64,000 nt of DNA, taken from Camelus ferus (Eukaryota). A program made the translations under genes and the position numbers. The notes under the pieces were generated by a model. The model was not told the origin of the DNA. It saw nothing but the letters and a program-made list of their open reading frames with translations, and did no database searches. Within the stretch, counting starts at the first letter, position 1; every line of letters starts with the position of its first letter. Positions 37,441 to 51,094 of this stretch are shown here, one piece after another. The stretch spans positions 47,742,001 to 47,806,000 of the forward strand of contig NC_045696.1 of the NCBI RefSeq assembly GCF_009834535.1, written 5' to 3'.

Positions 37441-40400
37441 TAAACATAACAGTGTACAAGGGCATCATGGGCACAAGGGAAGATTAGTAGGAAAGCCAAA
37501 GCTACTGATAAGAGAGTCCTTCCTCAGGCGTTTCTCTCTCCCTCTCTATTTTCCTACATTAAAGCTAGAGATATTCTCTAGAGATTATATACAGATTTTA
37601 GTTCATCAGCCAAGATGTTCACTGATGACAAAACTGGTAGGCCTCTGTTGGATGGTCACATGGATGCCTCTGAGTTCAGCAGACAGGGCCTCTCCTCTGG
37701 GGTTCTGACTGCTTTGCCAAATTCCGGATTTCTCAGGAAGAAAAGCTCACGTGTACCAGCAGTCTGGTGCATTTCCTTTCAAAAAGCTTAACTAGCACTC
37801 TCTGGTTTGCAGTGGAGCATGAGTATGTGTGTATGCACAGGTACACAGGTACACAGATGCATACACATGCACACATGCATGCACACTCAAAACAGCAGAT
37901 GACAAAATAGTCCAGCCTAGATCCCAGTCAATATGTGTCTAAACCAAAAGCAATTTTCTCCCTTTTCAGACTTAAGTCAGGGAATGTGGTGAAGATTTAC
38001 ATAGGTCCTTGTTCAATTTAAGAATCCCAGGCAAAATCTTAAACAAGGGAAAGAGGACAAAGGCAAGGATAATTTAAAACAGCAGATAATCCAGAAAGCA
38101 CTTTTAAAATGCAAAATTACTATTCAAAACTGGTTTCTGGTTTCTGACGATCCTTGACTCCCCACGTGGTGGTCACAAGAGTAAAATGCTAAGAACCTTA
38201 TTGAAAGTTCCATGTTTATGAATCAAGTTGGCTTGCTCACTCATTGGTGGTAGAGAAGGACCTTGAACCATTTCATTGACAGATCTTCAGTTGTCACTGT
38301 TCAGCTTGTTGTACCAGGTCCTCCAATGTCCTAAATGCGGAGGTAGGTGAGGTTATATACTTAGTTGCTAGGTTCTGGGATGCAAGAGGGAAAGAGGAGC
38401 TGAAGAGAGGCACCATTCAATACAGACTAGTTTTTTCTTATTCACCAGTTTTCAGATGTGCTCCTTCCCACTCCAACTTAACTGTGATCATCCTCAACTC
38501 TAGAAAGTTAACTTCTTAACTTCCTTGGCAGGGGGAGGGGAAGCTGCCTGACTGCTTACAATGAAGGAGGGGACCCAAGATATTAACTGTTCCTTGAGCA
38601 GAATTTCAATCAATCCCATTTCCAATTGTACTTGCACTCCTGCCTCCAAACATACCTGCTGTCTTCTGCTGCTGAGACTGTTGAACTTCTATAGCAAGAA
38701 TCAGCTTGCCTCTGAGTTTCTCCCACAGCAAGCACTGATGTTTCCATTTCCTCTGGTCCGTGAAGACAATTACCACACTGATCCATTGCTGTCCCAACTG
38801 TAAGATTCTCTTGTCCTCCCTTGAGTGCTCTCATCTCCTCTCGTCTTCTAGGTTCATGATATTCGAGATAGCGAGGGGGAGGAACATCTCCTCAGTTCAT
38901 GACAAATCAACATTATTTTCCAATACAAGGGTCTTCTCTTGTATGCTTTTATATGTATATTCTCTTCCTTCCTTTTCCTACTCCCATCTCTTTCCTTCTT
39001 CAAAGGCAGTGATACCTTGTAAGTTTAATGTACATGTTTTTCTTCACTTGAATTCTTAGAAATATGTATTTTTGTTTCATGTATATGAATTTAAACTTAT
39101 ACATATGGTATTGTGTTATAGTTTTTATTTAATTCTTGCTTTTTCATTCGGCACTATGTTTTTAAGACCCAACAACATTATTATGTTTATATCTAATGAT
39201 TTATGTTTCATTCCTTTATTGGTAATTCCTTTAATCATGGTTCGATTAACTGGAGTTCCATATTATTTTTATTTCATAAAACATACCTATATTTCACTCT
39301 ACAATGTCCAGTTCTAGGTTTGTTTTTTTTAATGGAGCAAGAACTTGAATATGTTCTTCAAAAAATTTGAGTGCAAAATTATCCCAGATTTTCCCATCTG
39401 TCCACAACTAATCCAACAGTAATTATTTTTGAGATTCTTTTTTATATTCCTTTCCTGAATATTCTTAGTTTTTACTGAGAAAATAATTTTCATTCAAAAT
39501 TGTATTTTAATAAGTATTGGCAAAATGTGATCAAATTAGACCACTGCAATAACAAATACACTAGCCTAATCCAGCTTCCCTGTAAACACGACAAAATCTT
39601 GGTATATATACAACGCAAATGTAGGGAGATACCAGCATAGTAGAGAATGGTGAGTATGTAGCAGGCTGTGGGCATCAGTTGGGATATTTTACACAATAAA
39701 CACAAGCATCAGTTAATAGAGAATCCTCTAAGAAAACATCTACCATAGTTTCTTGTTTTTGAAAACACTCTCAACTTGATTCCTTTTTGTTTGATTTATT
39801 TAGTTTCTATCATGCTTAAATAAGAGTAGCTCCATAACAGGACAAAATGGAGAAGACTTGAAAGTAGGCTTCTGGAAAGCTGAAAGGAAGATCCAGATAC
39901 TGTTGTGAGATGTATTTATTCCAAATACGTGGCATCAAAGTTCTGTCAAATCAAATCTCCTTTCATCTAGCATTTAAAATGGGATCATGGTTGAAGAACA
40001 TCTAAAGAGATGTTTGAGCTGAAAAGCAAGTAATAGAAGGCTTTGAGTTGTTTCTGATCATCAGCTATCCAGGCAGGTTCATTTTCCCAGTCTGTGTTCT
40101 CAATGGCAGTTCCAGTCCTACCTCAGGTGAATCCTCATGTTCTTCAAGAAAAACTGTCCTTAAAATGCTACGAAGGACCTCTCTTCCAAGAAACATATAA
40201 CAGAATCTCATTCTATCTCCAAATGTCTTCCAAAAGGAATAGATAAATGATAAATTGATGCTGGGTTTTACAAGAAAAGAAACTGAGATTCAGAGAGGAA
40301 ATTGGCTAATTAGAGACCACACCACAAAGGTGACAGGAGTTGACTGACAACAGCCCGGTGCTACTTTTTATGGAAACTCCTCTTCTCACTCCACAAATAA

Positions 40401-41437
40401 AAAGCAAAGGGAAAATAAACACATGGATAAAGTTAATCACATTTGTAACACTGGTGTCACAATTCTTATTGTTTTAATCTAACAAGACTAAGAGGTGTTT
40501 ATTGAATTAATGTTGAAGCCTTTTTTTCTCCTAAGCCAAAAGAAGACTTTACTTTGTTGTTATTTTTAATAGACACTTGGAAAATGGAAATGAAATGATA
40601 AAGCTCAAGTGAATAAATAAATCAGTAGCACATGACAAGGTTTTTAATTTTCATGTGTTTTAGCCCCCTAGGATATTTCTTTGCATATGGAACCTTTATC
40701 TACCAATGATTAGCTAGCAAACAACCAGCCAGAAAGGGCACAGAAATTAAAATTTCAAAGGCAGAGAAAATATAAATGAAAAGTAATCATCCACCCATTT
40801 CCAAGAAGTTTTTACTAAATTTTACATTTAGGTCAAGCCTTGAAGGAAATTTGCAGCAAAGAGGAAGCAAATATTTATACTCGTAGTCTATTCAAAACCA
40901 AATTGAGATAAAATTAAACAGAAATCAAATCTATTTTCATGTGTAGCAGGAGCCTTAGTCTGAATCTAAGCTGTGTCTGTCCTCAGAGTCACCCCTCTCT
41001 TGGTAGAACTGAAGAACCTGTGGTCTAAGACTCCTGAGAGCCTGTCCACAAACAAGCCTGAGGACCCCTATTCTGGGAGGAGGGGCTTCCTCGCCCTAAG
41101 AGGAGACCCAGGCAACGTGCTCCCTTTGGGCTGAAGAATAGTGGGACAGGATGTGAGAGGATGGCATCTCTCTCCAATGCCAAGCCAGGCACAACCGCCA
41201 GAGGCAGCACAAGGTCACGATGGCTGAAAACAGAGCCATCATCTGCTGTGCCAGTGACAAATCACCAGATGAAACTCACTTCTCTATGCTTTTAGATCCT
41301 ATCACGAGGAAAAATGCAAGATTTTAATAAGATTGCAGAACAAATGGAACTGATTTATGGTTTACAATTACAGAGTTCATCTTGTATATCGCTGTATTTC
41401 CCACTTCTGATTGTTGCATTTTGTTTTCCCCCTAGGA

Positions 41438-41622
41438 CAAGAGTACACAAACTCTTTCTGTAAAGGGATAGGCAGTAAATATTTCAGGCTTTGTGTGTCA
41501 CATGAGTCTGCATAGCATATTCTCCTTTGTTTTTTGTGTTTATAACATTTTAAAAGTGTTAAAATCATTCTTAACTCACTGATCAAACACAAGGGTCAGG
41601 CCACAGGCTTACCCTTGCACTA
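41438..41622. mobile_element. MER58-like hAT DNA transposon
   Basis: 'aaactctttctgtaaagggataggcagtaaatatttcaggctttgtg...tttaaaagtgttaaaatcattcttaactca'. Confidence 0.7.
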
Positions 41623-43904
41623 GGACACTGGGCACTGGTGGAACATGATGTGATGGCCTGGGGCTTATGTGTGCCTCCCTGCCACCTTACCTCCTCCTTC
41701 TTCCATAATTACGATGCTTGGTCATATCATCCAGGTGCCTTTCACCAATCCTGGAGAATCATATCTGAGACATTGAGCTGTGATTAAGACTAAATAAATG
41801 GATAATTCTGCTTTACTGGAGACGTAGGCAGCAATGTCCCATCCTCCAAAGTCCAGAACAGGGTGCTAGAGTTGAGGAGGCACAGGAGATTCTCCCATAT
41901 CTCCATTTAAGATAAATATGGAAACATGGATACCACACAGTGGCTCTTAACAATGAGCTGACCAGCATACAAGAACCTCTCAGATGAAATAAAGAGATAC
42001 CTGAGGCTCTGCAGTTGTGCCAAGCCTGCAGATGTGCACCTGGGAAGCTATTGGTATGGACCTCACGCTAGAAATTAAAATAGAAAAGGAATACAATGCA
42101 GGTGCCACATGGGAATGGGATTTGGCAGAACTGTGTTTGCAATCACATGTGAGATATCACCTGGAGCCATTCAGAAAAAAAGGCAGCAGGAACTTTATAG
42201 GAGGGTGGAGTTTGAGTCAAAGAAACATTCTTCCTATTGTTAGTGTTAACCAATTTTGTATTTTGATTGGCCTGGAGAAATGCAAGTTTGTCACATTGGT
42301 CTGGTGGTGTTTCCTCTCACAGAAATGGAAGTAATTGTTCTCAAATAAGAGAACAGTGTTGTGTAGTCATAAAACCAATGTGCTGGCCTAGTCACGCTAC
42401 TCAATAGCTGCATAACTTTGGGAAAGTCCTTTTATTTCTCTTGGCCTTGGGTTTGCTCCTCTATATAGTAAAGGGTTAAAACAAAAATGTCTAAGGAATC
42501 TTCAAATGTATTATATAATAGCTTAAAGTTAAAAGGTCATTTATTAATCAGCAGTTGTTTATTAAATCATATACCATGTCTCAAACATGGTGCTATGTAA
42601 TAAGACTTCTGAGAGTTTCTTTCCTTAAGAATCTCTCTAAAAAGTAAGCTAATAATTACAACACAGGTTATTAACAGTTAGGATAAAGGTATGCTCTGGT
42701 TGCCATAGGATTTTGGAGGGCAGACCGTTCCATAGAAATCAGAACCTAGGCCAAAGCTCCTGTGTTAGCATTTTATTGAGGAGCAAGAAGGTGAGGAGAA
42801 AAAACAAAGGCTTTAATAAACACAGCTGAAATCTTGGTCACACTAGACTTCTCCAGAGAGTTGTATGGAAATCTCTGTCCTTTAGAACATTCTGAATGGG
42901 GTTAGGACACAGGGAGGAGAAGCTAAGGATATGCCTGTCTCTCACTGGTTAAAGTTCATATTGTAAAAGGAATCCCCTTCCTTACATTTCTGGATTATAT
43001 GACATGGCCCCTAAACCAGACCCAGACCCCACTGCAAGATGCTTCATCTGACTCAGAAATGGTCAGGGTAGGTGAAACTCAGGGAGCACAGTGTGTCAGG
43101 CTCAGGAACCAGGGTCTCTGCAGTGCCATCTCGGTGGGTATGATGGAGCCACACCAGAGCCAGTCTTTACCTGGGAAAGGCTGACAAAGATGGTGCCTTG
43201 GGAGTTGTGGGAATGGTACAGGAGGGGCTCTCCTCTAAGCAAGTGACCAAGGTTGACAAAGTAGATGAGTCCCAGTGTATCTGGAAAGGTGCAAAAATAG
43301 GGGCCAAAACAGATTAAGGCAAAGTTGTTTCAAGACTTTTGGCTTCCCAGTGGAGGTAGGTGATGCTTGAAATGTCTCTGGAAAGATAAAAGGAATTTCC
43401 AGGGTGGACAAGCTAGAGGTGAGAGTCATAGGGATGACAATACAGGGTTGGCGACAAGCAATTTTCAGACTGAGAGAATCGTATTTGTAAAGGCACAGGG
43501 CGTAAAAGAAGATCATCAATCTAACACACTGCAAGCATAGCCTGGTTGGGAAATACTGGTGCTTGAACAGCCAAAAGCCATTCTACCATCACCAATTACC
43601 AATCAGAAATTGAACCTATATGGAGTGGGTGAAATGAAAAAGATTTTGTTACATACACAGGTCTTGTTGGAGAAATGACTCATCATCACCATTTATTTAT
43701 TCAGTCAATTCATTGAACAAGTATTAGTTTTATACCTACCGAGTAGAAAACATTTTACTGTAATCAAGATTGAGACCACAGAAGGGAAGTCTTCCTCATT
43801 CTACGTAAGCTGCTTTCTTTACATATTCTGATGCAAGGATATTTCCACTGACTGCTCTTTAATCTTTTATATTTCCTCTGTCTACAATTTCATAATCACA
43901 TGAT

Positions 43905-43962
43905 TATATATATATATATTTTTATATATTATATATTATTTTATATTTTATATATGTTATAT

Positions 43963-43999
<37 letters not shown>

Positions 44000-44001
44000 A
44001 T
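43905..44001. repeat. (TA)-rich plus (TG)n microsatellite
   Basis: Directly visible. Confidence 0.9.
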
Positions 44002-44429
44002 CTCCCATGTTTTCCTGACAGTGATTCATTAATTCTTCATTCTGTAGCTAATTCTCTCATATTGTGCTATCTGTAAAATGAGCATGGCAATTTGTTAATT
44101 AAATATTGACTCAGAATATTTTTAAGTACTGACACATTTAGTCATGAACAGACTACTACTCTTTTCTTGCCTCTAAGCAACGATAACTCAATTCAATTGT
44201 CATTCCCTACAAGAAAAAAATGTGTTAAGAGATTTTTATTCACAACTTGGAATATCATCAGTTGAGTTCACATGAAGAATATTTCAGTGAGCCTTGAGGT
44301 TTTGTTTTTGTTTTTGTTTTTGTTTTTGTTTTGCCTTGAGTTTTTACTAGGTCATTTGTGCTGCTGGATTTAGATGTCCAGGGATGCAGCAGAGTTGTTA
44401 TGTCTACCATTATTCACTGCCCTTCCCTC

Positions 44430-46272
44430 CCCTCAGGTCCTTTCTTCTTTACTGGGCTTAGAGGTCATGGTTCATCACTATAACACTTTTTTGTGTACAC
44501 CCACAACTCTTTACATGTTTTCCCAGTCTATTCATCTCAAAAAAAAATCTCCAATTCTGAATAATCCAACTTAGCTTACTCCACACCTGTACCTGTGTTG
44601 TGGTTGGGAAAAACACACACACAAACTGTGCAGACACGTCTCACTTTAAATTCATGACCAGTAATCTCTCACATGGGCTCCTGACACTACCTAGAAGGTC
44701 AACTACATTTCCCTAATTCTTTCCTCCTCTCACTCTTCTAGATAGGCATTTAATAGCCTCCCTTTTGACAAATCTCCAGCATCTCTTCCATCCTCACTCT
44801 TGGCCAAGGGCTTTGGTTTCCATTTCTGGAAGACAACAGAATCAGTAAGAAAACTACACAAACAACCTCATCTACCAGCCTACTAGAACCTGTGCCTCTA
44901 TACACTCACATTCCTCCTGTTACACAACATATAAACTGTCTGGACTCCTATCTAAAGACAATCTTCCACTTGTCACTGGCCCCATCCTCTTCATTTGCAT
45001 TCAAGTTTATCATTATAACCATTCTCTTTTCTCTCTCCTTCATCATCAATTTTCACTGTCTCCATGGTTCTTCCCCATTAGCCTATAAACATGCCTTATT
45101 TATCCCATTTCAAAAGAAAAGAAAAAAACCTTTCTTGGTTCCATATTTTCCTTCCTCTCCCTCTCCAATTTCTCTGTTCCCATTAATGCCCATTCCCCTC
45201 CTCCCACTTACCTCTCACCCACTCACCAAAACCCTTGTGGGGTTTTGCTCCCCAATACCATCAAAAGAAATCTTGTCATAACCACTAATTTGTAAGTATG
45301 ATGATAAATTCTCAATTTTTATTTTATTTGGCCTATTAGCAGCATTTGGTGGAACTGATTACTTCTGCTTCAGAAGGCATGTTCCTTATCTGATATTTCA
45401 GACATCTAGTTCTCTCCCTACCTCACCAACTCCTCTTTTTCAGTCTTTTTGGCTGATTTTTCACATCTCTCTGATCTCTAAATGTTGGAGTGTCCCTGGA
45501 TAAGTATTTCTCTTCTGTATTTACAGTCTCCTTCTAGGGGACTTCATCCTGTCTTGTGGCTTTAAATACCTTCTACATTCTGACAATGCCTAATATCTAC
45601 CTCCAAACTGAAACTTTCCCCGGAATTTCAGATTCATATATCCAACAATATAGTAAACATTTACATGTGGATGTCTAATGGGCATCTCAAACTTATATAT
45701 CTAAACTTCTGTTTTCTTCCTCCGCTCCAAAAAAGCCCTGCTCCCTTGACCACATCTTTCTTACATTAGTATTTGCCAATAGATTCTTCTAGTTGTTCAA
45801 GACAAAAACAATTCAGTAACCATTATTTTTTATTTGAGATATAATTCACATGCCATAAAATTCACTCTTTTTAGGTATACGATTCAACGGTTGTTAGTAT
45901 GTTCATGAAGTTATGCAATCATCATCACTATCCAATTCCATTTCAATGATTCTTTTTTGTTTTTGTTAGGATTTTTTGAGAAATGCAAATTAAAATCATG
46001 AGATACTACTACACATTATTAGGATGGCTAATATAAAAAATAGTGACAACACCAAATGCTGACAAAGATGTGGAGAAACTGGATCACTCATAAATTGCTG
46101 ATGCACATGCAAAATGATATAGTCACTTTAGAAAACAGTTTGGTAGTTTGTTTTTTTTTTTCCCTGTTTCAGTCATTCTTGACTCCAGTTTTTTACAGAT
46201 TACACATCCAATCTCATCAGCAAATTCTGTTAAATCAAAATATACCCAGAATCTAAACATCTCTCATCACTT
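44430..46272 (+). mobile_element. Long degraded L2 (ORF2/RT region), interrupted by L1 at ~45822-46160
   Basis: CT-rich L2 text; 'tcttgtggctttaaataccttctacattctgacaatgcctaatatctac' corresponds to the HGFxYHLYADD RT motif; 'tggatgtctaatgggcatctcaaactt'. Confidence 0.7.
45822..46160 (-). mobile_element. Old L1: antisense 3' end (45822-45950) plus a sense ORF2-tail piece (45975-46150)
   Basis: 'ttttatttgagatataattcacatgccataaaattcac' followed by 'gagaaatgcaaattaaaat...gaaaacagtttggtagttt'. Confidence 0.7.
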
Positions 46273-46279
46273 ACATAAA

Positions 46280-48368
46280 AGTTTTTCACTGTTGAGTATG
46301 ATACCAGCTGTGATCTTTTCATAATGGCCTTTATTATGTTGATGTATTTTCCTTCTATTCCTAGTTTACTGAGAATTTTCCACATCTATTGAAACAACTG
46401 TGTGATTTTTATCCTTCATTCTGTTAATATGGTGTATTATATTAATTGATTTGCATATGTTGAACCATCCTTGCATCCCAGTGATAAATCCTAGTTGGTC
46501 ATGGTGTGTGATCCTTTTAATGTGACCTAGAATTTTTTAATGAAATGTTAGATTGGATTGATTTGATAGTATTTTGTTGAAGGTTTTTTCATCTATATTC
46601 ACCAGGGATATTGGCCTGTAGTTTTCTTTTCTTGTGTTATATTTATCTGGGTTTGGTATCAAGGTAATGCTGACCTCATAAAATAAGTTTGGGTGTTCCC
46701 TCCTCTTCAATTTTTGGAAGACTTTGAGAAGGCCTGGCACTAATTCTAATTTAAATATTTGGCAGAATTCACCAGTAAAGTCAACTGGACCTGGGCTTTC
46801 TTTGTTGGGAGATTTTTGATAACTGACTTAATCTCCTTACTCATTATTGATCTGTTCAGATTTTCTGTTTCATCATAATTCAGTCTTACTATGTTGTATG
46901 TTTCTAGGAACTTACTCACTACAAAAATCAATCTTGAGAAAGAATAAAGCTGGAGATAACATACTCTCTGATTTCAAAAATATTACAAAGTTATAGTAAT
47001 TAAAACTGTATGGTTCTGGCATAAAGAAAGACATGCAGACCAATGGAATAGGTTAGAAAACTCAAAATCAATCCATGCATATATGGTCAATTGATCTTCA
47101 ACAAGGCTTCCAAGAATACATTACGGAGAAAGGATAGTATCTTCAACAACTGGTGCTAGTAAAATTAGATATCTGCATGCAAAAGAATGGAATTGGACTC
47201 TTAACTTACATCATACAAAAAGTCAACACAAAATAAAGACTTAAATGCAGAACTTTAAGTTATAAAACTCAAAAAGAAAACACAGGGGAAAATCTTCATG
47301 ACATTCGGTCTTGGCAATGATTTTATGTATATAACACCAAACAACAAAAGTAAAAATAGACACATGGGACTTTATCAAACTACAAAGCTTTGCACAGCAT
47401 AGGTAATAAGCAATGAAGTGAAAGGCAATCTACAAAATGGGAGAAAGTATTTGCAAACCATATACCAGATACGCGTTAGTTCCTAAAATGTATAAGGAAT
47501 TCCTAAAACACAATAGCAAAAAAATTAATAACACAATTTTAAAATGGGCTAAAGACTTTAATAGACATTTCTCTGATATATGAAATGATGCTCAACATCA
47601 CTAGTTGTCAGGGAAATTCAAATCAAAACCATAATGAGATATCATCTCATACCTGTTAGATGGCTATTATAAAAACAAACAAACAAACAAACAAACATTG
47701 GTGAGAATGTGGAGAAACTGGAACCCTCACACACTGTTGGTGGGGATGTAAAATAGTGCAACCACTATGGGAAACAGTATGGAGATTCCTTAAGAAAAGT
47801 AAAAATAGAACTACTATATAATTCAGCAATCCCTCTGTGGGTATTTATCCAAAAGAATTGAAATCAGGATCTTGAAGAGATATTAGCATTCAAGTGTTCA
47901 CTGCAGCACTATTCAACATAGTCAAGATATGGTAACAACCTAAATGTCCATCAATGGAGGAACAGATAAGAAAATGTAGTATACATTAAAAAACATATTA
48001 TTCATACTTTAAAAAGAAGGAAATCCTGCATTATGTGACAACACAGATGAATCTGGAGGACATCCTAAATGAAATAAGTCAGTCATAGGAGGACAAATAC
48101 TGCATGATTTCACATATATGAGGTATCTAAAATAGTCAAACTCATAGAATCAGAAAGTAGAATGGTGTTTTCCAGGAGCTGGGGGGAAGGGCAAAATGGA
48201 GAGTTGCTGATCAGTGGGCATAAAATTTCAGTTATGGAAGATGAATAAATTCTAGAGATCTTCTGTATAACATTGTCCCTATCATAACAATACTGTATTG
48301 TATACTTAAAAACTACAGAGGATAGATCTCATGTTAGGTCTCCTTACCACAGTTTTTTTTTTTTTTTA
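46280..48368 (+). mobile_element. L1 (L1MA-like) with inverted 5' segment (46280-46920 antisense; 46921-48350 sense)
   Basis: Minus-strand ORFs 46537-46740 (ITLIPNPDK...ENYRPISLVNID) and 46746-46931 are ORF2. The sense part starts near 'aatcttgagaaagaataaagctgga' and runs through the 3'UTR. Confidence 0.85.
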
Positions 48369-48635
48369 AGTGAATGTAGGCTTGTAGTAGTGAGATCCCA
48401 TACACAGAGGATAAAGTGATTAAGATTTCTTCAGACTGAAAGCAGACCAACAAGTAGCAAAGCTCCAAAAATTTTTCTTGTGAAGTTTCAGCATAATATA
48501 AAACCTGATATTTTTTAGAAAAATCTAAAAAAAAAATGGGTCTCTTGAAGATATACTACATATAAAAAGACTATATTTTATAATTTACCTTTAATTTCAT
48601 CTCAGCACACTGTTAGCCCTGTTCAACAAATATAT

Positions 48636-51088
48636 CTTGATCCCTTGATCATTACGTAATGCCCTTCTTTGTTTCTTATAACAGTCTTTATTTTAAACTC
48701 TATTTTGTGTGATATAAGTATTGCTACTCCAGCTTTCTTTTGGTTTCCATTTGCATGGAATACCTTTTCCATCCCCTCACTTTCAGTCTGTATGTCTCTA
48801 GATCTGAAGTGAGTCTCTTGTAGGCAGCAAATATATGAGTCTTATTTTTGTATCCATTCAGCTACTCTATGTCTTTTGATTTGATCAAGGGATCAATCCA
48901 AGAAGAAGATGTAACAGTGGTAAATATATATGCACCCAGCATAGGAGGACCTAAATATATAAGGCAAATATTAATGAACATAAAAGGAGAAATTGGCAGT
49001 AACACAGTAATAGTAAGGGACTTTAGCACCCCACTTATACCAAATGAGCAGATCACCTAGATGGAAAATCCTAAGGAGTCTGTTTGTAGATGACCTGACA
49101 TTATAAACAGAAAATCCTAAAGAGATCACCAGAAATCTACTAGATCTCATCAATAAATTTGGTAAAGTTGCAGGATACAAAAGTAATATACAGAAATTGA
49201 TTGCATTTTTACACACTAACAACAAAATATCAGAAAGAGAAATTAAGGAAACAATCTCATTTACCATAGCATCAAAGAGAATAAAATACCTAGGAATAAA
49301 CCTATCTAAGGAGGTAAAAGACCTGTACTTGGAAAACTATTGAAAGAAATTGAAGACAACACAAACAAATGGAAAAATACACAATGTTTCTGGGTTAGAA
49401 GAATTAATATTGTGAAAATAACCATACTACCCAAGGCAATCTACAGATTCAATCCCTATCAAAATACCAATGGTATTTTTCACGGAACTAGAAGAAATCA
49501 TTTTAAAATTTACATGGAAACACAAAAGACCCTGAATCGCCAAAACAATCTTGAGAAAGAACAGAGCTAGATGAATCACACTCCCAGCCTTCACACTATA
49601 CTACAAAGTTATAGTAATCAAAACAGTATGGTTCTGGCACAAAAACAGACATGTGGATCAAGGGAACAGAACAGAGAGCTCAGAAATAAACTCACACACT
49701 TATGGTCAATTAATCTATGACACAGGAGGCAAGAATATAAAATGGAGAAAAGGCAGTCTCTTCAATAAGTGGTGCTAGGGAAACTGGGCAGCTGCATGTA
49801 AAATAATGAAATTAGAACATGCTCTAACATCATATATAAAAACAGACTCAAAACAGATTTAAAGACCTAAATGTAAGAATGGATACTCTATAACTCCTAG
49901 AGGAAAACATAGGCAGAACATTCTTTGACATAAATTGTAGCAAAACTTTTTTGGATCTGTCTTTTAAAGCAAAGGAAATATAAAAAAATAAACAAATAGG
50001 GCCTAATTAAATTTAAAAGCATTTGTACAGCAAAGGAAACCATTGACAAAACAAAAAGGCAACGTACTGAATGGGAGAAAATATTTGCAAATGATAGGAC
50101 TGATAAGGGGTTAATATCTAACATACATAAGCAGCTCATACAACTCAACATAAAAAAAAAACACACAATTAAAAAATGGGCAGAAGAACTGAGTAGACAT
50201 TTTTTCCAAAGGAAAAATGCAGATGGCCAACAGGCACATGAAAAGATACTCAACATCACTAATTATCAGAGAAATGCAAATCAAAACCACAATGAGATAT
50301 CACCTCACACCTGTCAGAATGGCTATCATCAAAAAGAACACAAATAACAAACGTTGGTGAGAATGCGGAGAAAAGGAAACTCTTGTACACTGTGGGTGGT
50401 AATATAAATTGGTGCAGCCACTATGGAAAACAGTATGGAGGTTTCTGAAAAAGCTGAAACTAGAACTATCATACCACTCAGGAATTCTACTCCTGGGTAT
50501 ATATCTAAAAGAAATAAAAACATTAATTTGAAAAGATACATAAACCCCCATGTTCACAGTAGCATTATCTACAATTGCTAAGATAAGGAAGCAACCTAAG
50601 TGCTCACCAACAGAAGAATGGATAAAAAAGATGGGGCATATATATACATATATACGGTGGAATACTACTCATCTACAAAACACAATGAAATTTTGTCATT
50701 TGCAGCAACACAGATGGACTTGGAGGGCATTAGGCTAAGTGAAATAAGTCAGACAGAGAAAGACAAATACTGTATATCACTTATATAAAAAAGAAAACAA
50801 ACTTTTGATCACAGCAAAAAAAGAAGCAGACTCACAGATATAGAGAACAAACTAGTGGTTGCCAATGGGGAAAGGAAAGAGAGAAGAGGCATTATTGGGG
50901 TAAAATTAAGAGATACAAACTATTAGCTATAAAATAAGATGCAAGGATATATTGGATACCACACAGAATATAACCAATATTTTATAATAACTACAACTGG
51001 AGTATAATCTTTAAAAATTGTGAATCACTATATTGTACATCTGTAACTTATATAATACTGTACATCAAGTATACATCAATTAAAAAAT
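48636..51088 (+). mobile_element. L1 with twin-priming 5' inversion and an internal ORF2 deletion
   Basis: 48636-48880 is antisense endonuclease sequence. The sense part starts IKGSIQEEDVTVVNIYAP, jumps at ~49072 to the RT FADD region, then continues through the ORF2 C-terminus and 3'UTR to 'tatacatcaattaaaaaa'. Confidence 0.9.
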
Positions 51089-51094
51089 AGAATG

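Noticed and set aside
41193..41212. CTCF-like motif CCGCCAGAGGCAGCAC
   Set aside because: Mismatches the GGC core of the consensus; a single weak motif is not enough.
48848..50788. Multiple ORFs suggesting an active RT/endonuclease gene
   Set aside because: Frameshifted, deleted and inverted L1; not coding-competent.
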